NCBI GenBank assembly: GCA_020137815.1
Contig: CM035362.1
Location: 2,666,001-2,730,000 of the forward strand
Reading direction: 5' to 3'
From: Hormiphora californensis
Taxonomy: Eukaryota > Animalia > Ctenophora
DNA length: 64,000 bases
This document shows positions 25,494 to 39,000 of this stretch, one piece after another; position 1 is the first letter of the stretch; each line of letters opens with the position of its first letter. The position numbers and the translations under genes were made by a program. Below the pieces are notes generated by a model. The model saw only the letters and a program-made list of their open reading frames with translations. It was not told the origin of the DNA and made no database searches.

Positions 25494-27478
25494 ACTGAAC
25501 AGTGGTTATCCTTTTCACCTGTTCACTTATAATACAAATATAAAAACAGGGAGAGTAGTATTATAGCTGGGTAGCATAAAGATTAAAGAAGGACCAACGA
25601 TGAAAGTCTGAGTGAGCTTACATATACGATCAAGCTACCAGATCTGAGTATTAGGATAGTGTATGACGTCATACGATGATGATAAATCAATTGGGATCTC
25701 GTTAAAACATCTTCAAACTCAGTTATTTGAGTTTATCTAGACCGCGGTCATATTAAATCAGGACCCGTTACATAATCTATTTCAAAGGAAGAGATAATTT
25801 AGTGCGAGTTAAAGTGCAATTAGACCAGCCTTTATTTCAAGGGCCGATCTAAAAGAGTATTAGAAATAATCACCGGTTATAGCCCGTGCAGGTGTAGTCA
25901 ACTAGAGAGTTGGAATAATTCTAAATGTATTTCAGACTGAATAAAGGCGGTTAGAGACTGTACAGTTCTGAAGTCTGAATATAATATAATTCACCGCCTT
26001 TCTCTCTTTTCCATAATCGAACCAGCCGAAATGAGTTGCAATTTCATTTTGTACTATAAAGGGCAGTATGTAACAGGAAACTATTCAGCTGAATTCAGTA
26101 AACAAGAAATCAATTCAGACCCCATTCGGATTCAGATCTGAGTACAAAAAACAATGGTCCATTCATTGCCGCTCTCTATTATCTATAGCACATGAACTAT
26201 GTGTCATTCGTCTATCGATTATTGGAACCATTCTAGCTTTCTGTCTCTCTTTCTCTTTCTATTTCTTTCTCTTTCAGTTTCACTCTCTTTTTCAGTTTCA
26301 CTCTCTCTTTCGCTCTTTTACTCTCTCTTTCCCCCTTTCTCTCTCCCTCTCTAAATAGTCATCTTTGACGTCAAAATCGGTTTACATTTAAACTACTGGT
26401 CCTGCAAGGCACACACAACAGAAAGAGAATAGAGCAGAAACAAATGCACATTTTTCGATAGTAAAATACCTGTGTTACTGGTTGTATTAACCGCCCACTA
26501 AACTGGGGGAAAAAATTTTTTCGGGTCCGGCGGTGGTTTTCTGCCTACACGTGACCATACGGGGTTTCCCCAACTTGTGGACCTTTAATTAAATATGTGC
26601 GGTTTATAACGCTCAAAGCTTTCAAAGGTGCGTATGGTCTCTTTCTCTCTTCATAGTATTCGTGAATGTCATTTTATACGTCGTCCACACCAGAAGAATA
26701 GGGTCAGAACATCGCAATTTCATGTCGTGAAAGGTTATTTAGCCGCATAAAGTGTGGTATTAGTAACTTGCGTAGTAGTTGGTACTGTGATAATCGGCTA
26801 TGTATACTATACAGTAATACCTACTTGAGGGATTCAAATATATAGTTATAACAGTCAGTTTTAAAGGAGGAACGAAATTCAAATTTGAGATTATGATTGT
26901 AAATGGGATGTCTACGGGATTTGGTGAAATGCTGCGATTGGACAATGGGTTTTTTGTTATTAAGTACGATTTATTATACGTTGTTGCTATGAGATCTTTT
27001 AGTCCTCGCTTAATTGTTGGCGGTCGATGTCTGCCTGGTGGAGTTGATGGGTCAGGAACGGATACTTGAGATCAGCAGACGACGACAAGAGAGATCAGAA
27101 ACTCGTTATTTGGTCACGTGGATGGTTATCAGCCATGGGCATATTCCTGATTCGGTCGTTACTGCTGCAATGCAAATTCGATATATTCTTCAGCTGTAGT
27201 CACAGTTCATGTGTGCAGTAGGTGTCTGGAATAGGCAATTGCAAAGGTGGGCAACTTGAGGGGCCGCGTTAGAAGCCGGGGACGGGAATTAGAGCGGGGG
27301 AAGGGGAGAGAGAGTGAGAGAGAGAATAGACAGAAAAAGAGAGTGAGGGAGAGAGGGGAGAGAGAGAGGAACGGAGAAAAAAAATGAAAGGAAGAAGTCC
27401 TAAGTAAGTAGTAATGACTGGAGTATGGAGGAACAAAACGACGAGACGATAATGACAAGAGGGGGAGAGAGAGAGAGA

Positions 27479-27516
<38 letters not shown>

Positions 27517-27678
27517 GATAGAGAAATAGGAAGATGAGAGAGAAAAACATACACAAATCGCGCTGGGTCACAAAAGACACCAAATAGAAACTGAAATGTC
27601 TCGTCACAGACCCATGTAGAGGTACCTCTCCGTATTGTTTCTCCCCGCTATTTTGATTGAAAACTACACACTTTCGCG

Positions 27679-27726
<48 letters not shown>

Positions 27727-28942
27727 AAGAAATTTTAACAAGGAGATGAAGATCTAGATGATGCCGATTTGATGAAATAAAGGGAGGAGAGAGAAGAGAG
27801 AGAAGAGAGAGGAGAGAGAGAGAGAGAGAAAGAGACGAGAGAGGAGATGGACTTGAAAGAAGAGATTGGGAGGAATTACGCGTACACGCCATAGAAGTTT
27901 TCTTTTATTCACAAAACTCTCGTTTTTCTTTTTTTCCAATTCTCTGTCCTATTTTGTTCATTTTCCAGCCCTACTTTAATTAAAGCCTATTAATAAAGAA
28001 TTAGGTTATCGTATTTATGCTATAATCGCAAAAACCGCAAAAGGGTTTTAGTTTCCACTGAAAAACAAAGAAGAGGCAATGATAAAAAATATCAAGGCTT
28101 GACAATACAATCTGACATATGGACGCAATTGGTAGCATGATAAGAAAAATAGGAGGCAGAATCTGAGAGCACTGCAGCATCAGAAGAGAGAGAGAGAGAG
28201 GAGGCGCGAGAGAGTAGGAGAGAGAGAGGATATGAGATGATCAGACAAGGACGAGAGAGACAGAGAAAGAGGAGGAAAGAGATAAATATATGAGAGAGAA
28301 TAGGAAAGAGAGCCAGGAACGACGACACAATTAGTGTCACATATTACTGGCTCATCATTCTGCTGTATCACGTAGCTCCCTGCTGTAATAACAAACCTAA
28401 TAAAATAGTTCTAGGATATTGCAGGCCTGACTTGTTGAGTAAGAAGGGGTGACTCACTCAGGCCTGAATTATTGAGTAAGGGGTGACTCACTCAGGCCTG
28501 AATTATTGAGTTACTTAACAAGCAAGGCCTGACATCATCATGAACAGAAAAGCTGTGAAACAGGGCGTCAGTTCCCTTGCTCCGAGGGTTAGAACATAAC
28601 AAGGCGTCAGTTATCGCATTTTCGCCCACTCAGATTAGGGCATCAGGTTGTCCGCAGTATGGCAAAAGGGGTGCAAAACCATGTACAACATGTCAACTAC
28701 TGCAATCCTAAAGGTGTATGGCTGATTCAGTACTACTATATTTCCAGTCTCTCAGCTCTTTCTCTGTCCCCCTCCCTCCCCTTCAACTGCCAGGATCCCT
28801 TTACTCTCATTCGCACCAGACCGTTTAGAGCGTTACGAAGTGTCTCGATGTGCCATCCTTTCATAAAGCTTAATCGCATAATCAGCCGATGACTGTAGTC
28901 AGGAGTTAGCTAATTAGTCCGGATATAATGTATGATGTATTG

Positions 28943-29079
<137 letters not shown>

Positions 29080-29743
29080 TGTAGATCAAAATGGCGGGTA
29101 AGTGAGAGAAAGGTGTTAACTAAAGGGAGATATTAGAGTAGGAGACTTTTATTAAAAGCAAAGAACAGCCCGGGTTATCCTAGATGTGCTTGTGTATGTG
29201 TGTGCCTTGTTTTCAATATAATAAGGTGCAGCTGTAATTAGTTGCTAATTAGTTGCTAATTGGTTGTCCTTCCACCTGTTCCTTCTTTCCTCAGCTTGGG
29301 TGTGTGATAAAGTGGCTACAACATTTCTTTAGAGCAGGTATAATTTTGTGAACTTTCCATAAAGCTGGGAAATGCTGCTGTGAATAGTACGAATTCTATA
29401 AATCTATTAAAAGTACGAAAATATACTTTGTTGAGTTACTCAACAAGAAAATATACTTATATTTGTAGCACACCTCACACGATCTTTACAGTTCTTCGCT
29501 TCACATAATCTTCTGAACACACTTTCTCACGACCTCACACTTCCTCACACGCTCTCAATACTCAATATAGGCAAATAAACAATGACATAGTCTTTAGATG
29601 TTTTGCTAATCGTGAAAGCTGTTTGGCGATTATTTGCTACTGTACGACTGGTTTGGCCCTAACCTCATCATACTGGCTCCTAGCTTCTGCTCACTCGAAT
29701 ATACCGTTCCATCATGCCTGTTGTGTATCATGTCCCGGTACTG

Positions 29744-30381
29744 CTATAATACCGTACTAGCTCCTCCTCCAATCAGTGCCTCAACAGCTGCAGTAATGTT
29801 ACCCTTCTTTCCTCCCTGTATCGTGTTGACACACTCTCCCTTGTTGTAAAACTTAAACGTGGGCATGCAACTGAAACATCATGTTTAACATCTTTTGAGT
29901 TATCTTCGATTGAAAGATGGATACAGATTTGTAATTGATAAATCGTAGTTAATCAGGAGGTCAATTACGAGCTGTGTAAAACAACTGTGTTAATTGCTGC
30001 TTACCTGATATTCTCTGCAGCAGCAACATCATCAGCTTCATCTACATCTACCTTACAGAACACTACCTGGGGGTACTTCTCCACCAACTTCTCCAGGAAA
30101 GGGGCAATCTAAGAGAAGATGGGGAGTAGACACAATTGATATCTTACATGTCAGAGCATTGGCCTGACCTGTAGCGCAAGAGAGCAGCGGTCAGCATGAT
30201 TGGCCTGACAGTATCTTACTAAATCCCAAAAAAATAGTTTCAAAACGTGAGAAATATAACTTCAGACCTGCAGACAAGGCCCGCACCAAGTAGCCCAAAA
30301 ATCGACAACAACTGGTGCTTTCTTGCTCCCCTCTATCACGACAGACTGGAATTCATCCATGGATCCCACCTCTTGTACCAT
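29744..30381 (-). CDS. TXN: Thioredoxin, copy A (3 exons)
   Basis: Exons 30381-30268, 30108-30005, 29870-29744. [26 protein letters not shown]. Confidence 0.93.
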
Positions 30382-31197
30382 TTTAATAGACCTTATAGGG
30401 GCAAAATTTCGAAATGAAAGGCTGAGATATAAAACTGGAAAAGTGAATTGACACAACAGCTGAAGTTTGTAAGAGCTAAATCAAAACACACGTGTGCAGC
30501 CAAGTTTGTGTGCAAAACAGTATTCTCTCTCCTCTTCTCTCCATGACAGAAATAACCTGTGAATCAGATTAGCTCACTTCCTGTCACACCAATTTAAAAC
30601 TATGGAGTAGTTGGTCGGTAGTGTCCTAGAAACAATGCACATAATAATAGGCTGCCATTTATCACAGCTGTGTGGTATACTTAGGACATTACATTTCTCT
30701 TCTTCATGTTGTACGAAAACGGTTTAAAATTCTTAGATCTTAAATCTCACTGAATGGTACGTCGAGAAAGCATTGGACCAATTTTATAAGTTGTTCAGCA
30801 TGGAACCGCCGATGGGAAAAATATGGGGGTAATGCCGAAAAAGTACGGCTGTAGCCCATGCCCAAACCAAACCCCTAAGACAAACCTAACCAGTCTCAGG
30901 GGCTGGTCCAGTCTCGACAACCAAAATGAATGAACTTTTAGCAGCAATACTTTCTCTTTTGCCTACCAAATCTCTGGTGGCGCCGACTCGATCTGAGAGC
31001 GCTCAAATCAAAACGAGGTCTGGTGGTACCAAACAGGCCACCTGTCTGGCGGCGCTAGACCCCTGACCCCCGATCTTATTCTCAGTGCGCTCAGATAGGG
31101 TACACGGCCTACGCCACTAGACAGCAGCCCAATGAGTGCCTCCACCCTGGTCCCTGGACCTGGGATGAGTTGTCGAACTGCAGCAGGCCAGTGCAGT

Positions 31198-31447
31198 GGG
31201 CGCCGTTACGATCTGGGTGTTTGGTGGCCTGTTTACAGGTGCGCGCTGCCAAAAAAGTTGATTCACTAAAACGGCTCTAACCGCCGAACCACTCAACCGT
31301 TTTGGCTAATTCAAAGTTTATCTGGTAGGGAATGTCAAGGCCTAACCCCAACCCAAACCCCAACCCTAACCCTAACCCTACTTTAGCCCTAACCCTAAAA
31401 AACCGTTTGTCAGCACTCACGAAACACCCAGATTTTAACGCTGGCCC
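31198..31447 (+). mobile_element. MITE with internal telomere-like (CCCTAA) repeats, 8-bp TSD
   Basis: Termini gggcgccgttacgatctgggtg...cacccagattttaacgctggccc; TSD agtgcagt. Confidence 0.85.
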
Positions 31448-32082
31448 AGTGCAGTAGTGTAAAAATGAACGGTGTAAAAATCAAGGACTTCAAAAAAATG
31501 ATTCACTGTGTCACACACAAAAATGAATTAATTAAATCAAGCTGCGCGGCGCGGCACCACTTATTTGCGCGTTAACGAATTTGCGCGTGCCAAAAATGAG
31601 TTCCATTTCAACCGTTCATTTTTACGTTTTTCAACCATTAAAACACTCCAATTTTAAGAGAACTTAATTAAAGAAACAATAGCTTGAATAACCAACGCAA
31701 AACTCAACTATACGATCAAGATCACATTATCAGCTCAATCTGATTCTGATAAGGTACACCGACACGTTATTAATTGTAAATGTGAACTATGAGCTTAGTC
31801 CAATAATAATGTAACTGTGCGAGATCTCTCTTTAAATCTTAAATATCAGGTTGTTTGTATATCTCGATATAACAATTCATCCCTAAAACAGTTCCTAATC
31901 CGATCCTATAATAAGTAGGTATAAACCGAGAGTCCCTTTACTTGAATCAATTAGATTGCAAAGCTATAAGTCAGAATGTGATCTCTCCTTGTCTGACAAC
32001 TTATTAATACTATTGAATATGTAATAATAATCTGTGACCAAATCAGGAGCAATTAAAAAACGGCTGCAGTTCGTTGATTGAT

Positions 32083-33160
32083 CTATTTATGTTTGTTGAT
32101 TGCGTCCTTCAGCTTCTCCAATGAGGCTCCCACAACTGTTTCAACACAGGCTCCTGAAAACATGGGACAATGTTATTGGATTGGAAATTGAAAATGGAAG
32201 TCGAACAATAGCACATCAAGCTTGATCAAGGAATGAATTAATTATCGGATGACCTGGAAAATCGATACCAAGGCTAGTCGAGTATAGGAGGTCATTAGTT
32301 AGGTAAGGTAAATTAACAGAACGAACCGTTTTTGTATAGTTTGAAGGTAGGCATAGCACTGATCTCCTGTTCCTCGGAGACAACCTGACCACCATCTGCC
32401 TCATCTACATCGACCTGCAGTTAGGTAGGGAGTATAATTAGGAATGAAATTGAAATCAATATGGTTGTTTCAGCAGGCCACAAGAGAGCTCTATCGGCGT
32501 GTTGTTGTGGAATGAAATTGAAATAAACACTACCAGATCTCGATAATGACATACCGAGGCTATCGATAACGATTAAATCGTTAATCCAACAAGCCCAGTA
32601 TTGCCTGGCTAGACTGTGTTTCGGGCGCCAAATGTAAAGGGAGGGTTAGAACATAAAAAGCCCAGTAGATCAATACTTAGTATAGTTCCTTGTTAAGTAA
32701 GGGGATCGTGGGAGAAACGTACCTTCAGGAAGACAACATCCCCATAATCTCCACTAGACTCGAGTTTAGCGTACTGGGGAGCAATCCTCTTGCAAGGTCC
32801 ACACCACTCGGCCCAGAAATCTACCACAGTCAACTTATCCGAGGCAGTAGCCTGGCCGGAGAGGGGTTAGATATGGTGATGTTATAATATAGATTCTGTC
32901 AGGTCAATACTCTGACCACTGTTCTCGCGTACAGAACAAAAATGAGAAATGAGAAATATAGGCCGGTCAGGGCAATTCTCTCTGGCAGGAGAGATGAGAA
33001 TTCAGCATGTGATTTGTGTTGTGCTGTTCCTCAAATATCAAAGCAAAATCTAAATGAAGTTAAGAGACAAGATGCTCTTGCCCAATGCGAGCTATTAGAA
33101 TGAGCTTATGATAATATCTACCTGTTCAAATTCCTCCACGCTGTGAATTTCACGGACCAT
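32083..33160 (-). CDS. TXN: Thioredoxin, copy B (4 exons; missed by the ORF track)
   Basis: Exons 33160-33122, 32851-32723, 32414-32327, 32153-32083. [38 protein letters not shown]...VDVDE...[13 protein letters not shown]...INKHK*. Confidence 0.93.
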
Positions 33161-34002
33161 AGTTGCTGTGCTGCTGCAGGGGTAGCTATAATGGGAAGGG
33201 GAAGTTTTGGGTTATCTTGCTCGATTTGAGTTGCTCAGAAAAGCATCAAGGATAATGTGGTGCAAAAAACGCCAATTCAAACAACAAATTGAAATATGCG
33301 ACAACAAATTTGGAACAAAAACTCCGAGCCAAACTGTCGTTTGAGATAGAGACTAGATCAGAGAGAGGGCTCGATCTGTCTCAACTCTGGAGAGAGACAG
33401 GTGCTCCTTAACATTTGAAACGACAATTACAGAGCTAAGTTAGACGTTTAACTAAGACTACTGCAGAAGCGAGCTTTAAGAGCTCCCTATATATATCCTT
33501 TCCTGTATAACGCCCTCTCTCTCTCTCTCTCTCTCCCTCTCTCACTCTCTTTCCCTTTCTTTCCTACTTCTATTCCCCAACTCATAATTATGCTACCCTT
33601 TCCTAGCTTCTTTACTTCTGAAACTTGTTGTCCTAATTTTGAGCACAGACGGAAATGGGCTAGGCCCTTACATCCCCTTTTTTGTCCTTTTTTGTCGTCT
33701 CTGGTAGTGGTACTTGTAATAATCTAGAATAAACAACACGGCAGGTAAACTCTGATTCTACTTTAAATGTCAAGTAATAACGTGCATTTTAGATAAAAGC
33801 TGCACATTGAAAATACGAATGCGGTTTCGAATCGAGCTTGTTGAATACATATCACGTAAATGCTGGTTCAGTTGTTAAAATACAGCTCCAATTGCGGAGC
33901 TACACGATTGTGTTTTATATCAATCTTCACACATGTAGAGTGATAAGTTCTTCTATTATGCAAGTCTATCAGGCCATTCGCATGGAAACGGAGTATAGAA
34001 CA

Positions 34003-35066
34003 ATAATAATAATAATAAAGGGTTTTTAGTATACCGCTCAGTCCAGACAGGGCTGGATCATTGACATGAGTCCAACACTGCTCAGATTCAGAGCGGTACA
34101 CCAAGATTGTTAATATCCTGACTCACTTAGAACAAAATAGACACATCGACTGATTATATACTCCAAAAAAATTGAAAAAGTCTAAGGAAAAACGGGACAC
34201 ATAAACTTCTGGAAAACAACTTGTTAGCTGAAATTAAATAACAGACTATAAATCGGGATAACAAAGCCAGCAGCCCTCATGCTACAAACAAAAGTCAGCT
34301 CAACTGCATCAGCAGCCCCCCTGCTATAATAGCCCTAGGAAGGGAAAAAGTAAGGAATTGCTATGCTAGAATTGTCTGCTCGACACGGGAAAGGGGAAGG
34401 ATAGGGCACCTCCGATTACAACTCTGAAGCAGATCCGAATGCCTCCTGAAATAACCTTGTCTTTAGTCTTGTCTTAAACAGATCAACAGGATGAACTGAT
34501 CTGAGCTCAAGGGGGAGATCATTCCATACATCAGGAAGAAACACCGAAAGTCTCCTTCGACGCAACTTCGAGTTTGCATTGATACTTGACAGTTTGGGAT
34601 ATTTTAGCCGGAAAAAGTCTGGAACAGTTGTAGCCCTCGTCATCCTCAGTGATCCATATTCCTCATCCCTAGGTACCAGATCCAACAAGTACCTAGGGGC
34701 AGTTCCTCGAACAATCTTGTAAGCCAGCAGACATGCCTTAAAAGTTAATCTCTGCTGTATCGGAAAAATGTGAGCCTCCTTGAAATACTCCATGTAATCA
34801 TCTTGATGACCATTCAGATTAAAGACAAACCGTATACAGGAGTTCAGAGTCTTCTGTAGATTTTGAAGGATTCGCTGTGGCAGTCCATAGTACAAGATAT
34901 TACAATAGTCAATCTTTGATATCACCAACTGCTTTACAAGAAGGATCTTAGTACTCTTGTCTAGGCACTTGTTAACTTGCCAGAGGTTCTTCAGCATCAG
35001 TCCACATTGTCGTTTCACATTATTTACCTGACGCTCCAGCGTAAGGTGATCATCAAGTAGTACTCC
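34003..35066 (-). mobile_element. 5'-truncated CR1/L2-group LINE (ORF2 C-terminus, 3'UTR, (TTA)n tail)
   Basis: LGVLLDDHL, SKIDYCN, WNDLP...FKTRLKT motifs; tta tail at ~34003-34020; possible TSD tagaaca at 33996 and 35067. Confidence 0.9.
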
Positions 35067-36028
35067 TAGAACAGGAAAACTAATAACAAACAACAGCATA
35101 TATAACATTACCACTGCTGAATCAAGCCCACACATTTGATATAGCGCAGTATCATTGTGATACACAGGGTGCTATCAAATCTTGATTCAGCACCGTCTGC
35201 CGCGGCAGATGCACAATGGTATCGAGTGAAATAAGCAAGCCACCCTTACAAATAATACTGGCTCGGGTTACCTACACACACAAATGTGTATTGAAGGCGG
35301 CCTATCTTTATTTCCTATCAGGTTAACACTTTATCTTGGGTCGATAAACCACCTGGGCCACCTAGCTGGGAGGTGACAGATATGTAGGATGAAGTTATTG
35401 AAACACATTCTCTTCAAATTTCATTTATGTAGGCCATAGTTGATAGTTATTAGATGGGGACGATCAGGCGAGAAGCACAAACCATTTTATAGACTATAAA
35501 GTATTCCTACTACTATACGTACGTCCTGTTTCAATATGTGCACTATATTTCATATTCAATTTTCACTAGAAATGAAATTACAAGGTTATTATGTGCGAGA
35601 AAAAAATGAAATGAATGGGCACCGTTATATACACACGTGCTAAAATGAATCTTAGAAATGGAGAGTGAGGAAGAGAGAGATGGAGAGAGTGAGATAGGTG
35701 CAGATAGAAAAGAGAGAGAAAGGCCCGAGAAAGGGAGAGGGGAAAGAAAGAGAGAGAGAAAGGGAGAGACTAGAGAGAGAGGGGGGACATTTTGGCTAAT
35801 GACTGAAGTTCTCACTCTCTTTGAGATGTTCTAAACCGCATATTATAAAATATATTTTCATGAAATTGTACTAATTCGATAACTCATTGGAAATACGTAA
35901 TACATAGCAGGTAAAAGGAATATTCAAACTTCAAACAGAGTAAAACTGCATCCAACTATAGGATTACATCATTAGGATAACCTTACATTTCTAATCTGAC
36001 CTAACCACATTTCTATTCTTGATTTCAG

Positions 36029-39000
36029 GTCAGTGCATTACTAAGACAGCCAATAGATAACATAAAGATACACCAAGATGAGGATGAAAAGATAAAGGAT
36101 AACATTATCGGACAGGTACTGCAGCAGGCCCAGTTTCCATCGACTGTTCTTTCCCGATCCTCGGGTTTTGATACAAATACATTTTTTCATGCCAATCGAA
36201 TGCACTCTAAGAGCGCCGCTCTTTCCACCTTAGGGCCATGATCAGTAACCGCCAAAGCACTATTCAAAAAGTATTTCCCCATTAGGTATACCACACGTCA
36301 GCTCGGTATACGTTTCGACCACAAGATTTTATTGACGATCTAACACCTTTATCTGACGGACCTCTCCCACCCTCTCCCCTTCCCCTGTTCCACACCCCGA
36401 CCCGGACAACAGGGAGACAAACTGCATCACCGACTGTAAGTTTTACCTAGTTTAGCTAGAACTACGGGCGTTTCTAATATTATATTTATATGGCAACACG
36501 GGTTACATATGATACACTCTCTGACTTGAGCCCTAACAACAACCTTGTCTCCCTACAGGTCTCCTACAGGTCGCTTACACCCCGTTCTACACCCTCCCAC
36601 TACTCCCTACGCTCAACACCCTCCCTCCGTTCTACTCCAACTCACTACTCCCTCCGTTCCTCAAATACCTCAAGGACACCGACACAATCTCCAACATCCA
36701 TCTGCCACCGATCTTACTCAAGTAGAGCAGATACAACTTCTTACAGACTAAACGGTTCAGTAAATAGTAGAGCAGATACAACTTCTTATAAACTAAACAG
36801 TTCAGCTACATCCTACCGGCCTCCTTCAGACAGATCCGTTACATCAGTTCCATCTTACTACCAGTATAGTTCACACGTGCCAACCAGTAGGACAGTTAGT
36901 GCCTGCTCGGACCACTCTAATTACCAAACTAAAAACCTAACCTCCCATCATCGAGGATCATCTAAACAACCAAATTTCCTGCCAACTCGACTGATTAGTG
37001 AGTCTCCTTCTCAGCCTGATTCTCTTGAGACTTCCTCACTGACATCAACCAGACCGGGGAAACGAAGAAATATGGTCGAGGTAAGTTTGACAAATCATAG
37101 CTATTCTCTCTTACTGAACAAGTCGCAAGTTCTGTCAGAGCATTGGCCTGGCAGCACAAGTAAGACTACTCTCAGTGGTGGTCACTGGGGGTTAAAGTTA
37201 TTTATAAGAATTTGAAGTCGGTACAGATCAATCGCAAATTAAATTCGAAAACATCACAGCATGCTTATGAATTTTCATGGAAGTACCGTGCACTCAGTTT
37301 CTTAATGCACGCTAGAAATTTGAGGGAACAAAACATGAGATATCTTAGAAGTAGCGAGATCGGGGCAGGGAGAGAGGGCGACAATGGGACCGTGAGAAGG
37401 TAGTCGACAAGATCATGATGCTTTGCTTGATACTCTGAACATCTTACAAAATGTTGCAAAATGTTGAGAGTGTCAAGCGAAGCAGCAGTCACCACTGGCA
37501 GTGTCAAAACACAAACGCCATCATCGATCAAATCAAACCTGTTTATACAGCTCTCAAACATATTTCGTATCAAAGTTTCAACAACTCAATTATTCATTCA
37601 GGACAAGTCTAGTCAGGGGTACTACTACAACCGTCCAGCATCCTGTGCACTACGGAATGTACGGAATGTACAGCAGTCAATAATGTTACTCGACAATATC
37701 GTGCGAGGAAAACGGTGAGTGGATCAGATCAGAGATCGAGATCAGAGATATTATCAATATCATAGATCAGATCATAGACCATAGATCAGATCAGTGATTC
37801 AGATCAGAGTACACACTGTTACTCAGCAGCTATTTTCTAGAGTATAATGGAATGTGTCTCATTTCTCAAGCGACTAGAGAAACTATAGAATGAGATTCTC
37901 ATTGAGACTTGAGAAACTTAGCTACACTGTACAATAAAACCTAACTGGATATCATTCAGGTCCAACCAATCGATATCTGGCCGATCGAGAACTGAATCAA
38001 GATCGGATCTTTGTTCCCTTGGAGGATCTGAACTGAGCTCAATCCGTGGTGGCACCATGAGGGGATCTGAACAGTGCTCAGTGAGGGGTTCTGAACAGTG
38101 CTCAGTCAGGGGATCTGAACAGTGCTCAGTCAGGGGTGCCAGTGATTCCTGTTCGGTTCGATCTGTTAGCAATACAACAACAGGAGGGGGAGAGCCTGAC
38201 ATAGTGACATTGGTAAGAGAGTTGACACAGCTGTTACATTACTACATAAACCTTGCTACAAGAGTTGTATAGTAGAAATAAAGAGTGGTATGGTGCAAAT
38301 ATCACAGTGAACCTGGCAGGCCAATGCTCTGACAGAGTGAACCGGTAATCAGATAAGCTAGAAAACTAGGAAAAGGTTAAAAAGCTAGAAAATGTGGTAG
38401 GCTATAAGGGAGCAATTGTATTGGTCATTAGCCTTACAGCTGCTACCTCCCCTCTTCCCACATCTCAACTTCAAAGAAAACTAAAACCAGCGTGATACCA
38501 TTGCCACCTGTTCACCCTGCTCAATCTCGCTCACTATATGTATCACCAAGACTAAAGCCAGCTGCGCGCCAGAGCTATTATAGAACTTCAATAACAGCTT
38601 CCTTTCTCAGTTCTCTACTGCAGGAACTATTATAGAAGTCTCATGTAGAGAACTGGCAGCGGCAGAGCTGGATAGTGCTGAGTGCAGATAGATCATGTCA
38701 TGTAGAGAACTTATCGGGCGAGAAAAATAGGTTAAAGCGCAGTACGAATGATCTAAGCTGTGGGAAATTGAATAATATATGGGAGAGAGAAGTGAGAACG
38801 ATTTCCCTCAGTCGCTACCCTCTCGTAACCATGGCAACAATCGCATCACATATCACTTACTACCGATTTGTTACCAATATATAACGGAGCAGTCTTCTAT
38901 AAAACTCTCTCCCTCACTCCCTCAACTCTCTCTCAGGTGCCATTTGTAGATCCTGTCCTGGCATACCGGACATCCAGCGCTTGCCGGAGCAACTTCAGGA

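Noticed and set aside
31340-31400. Telomere or chromosome-fusion relic
   Set aside because: The CCCTAA repeats are degenerate and internal to a TSD-flanked MITE.
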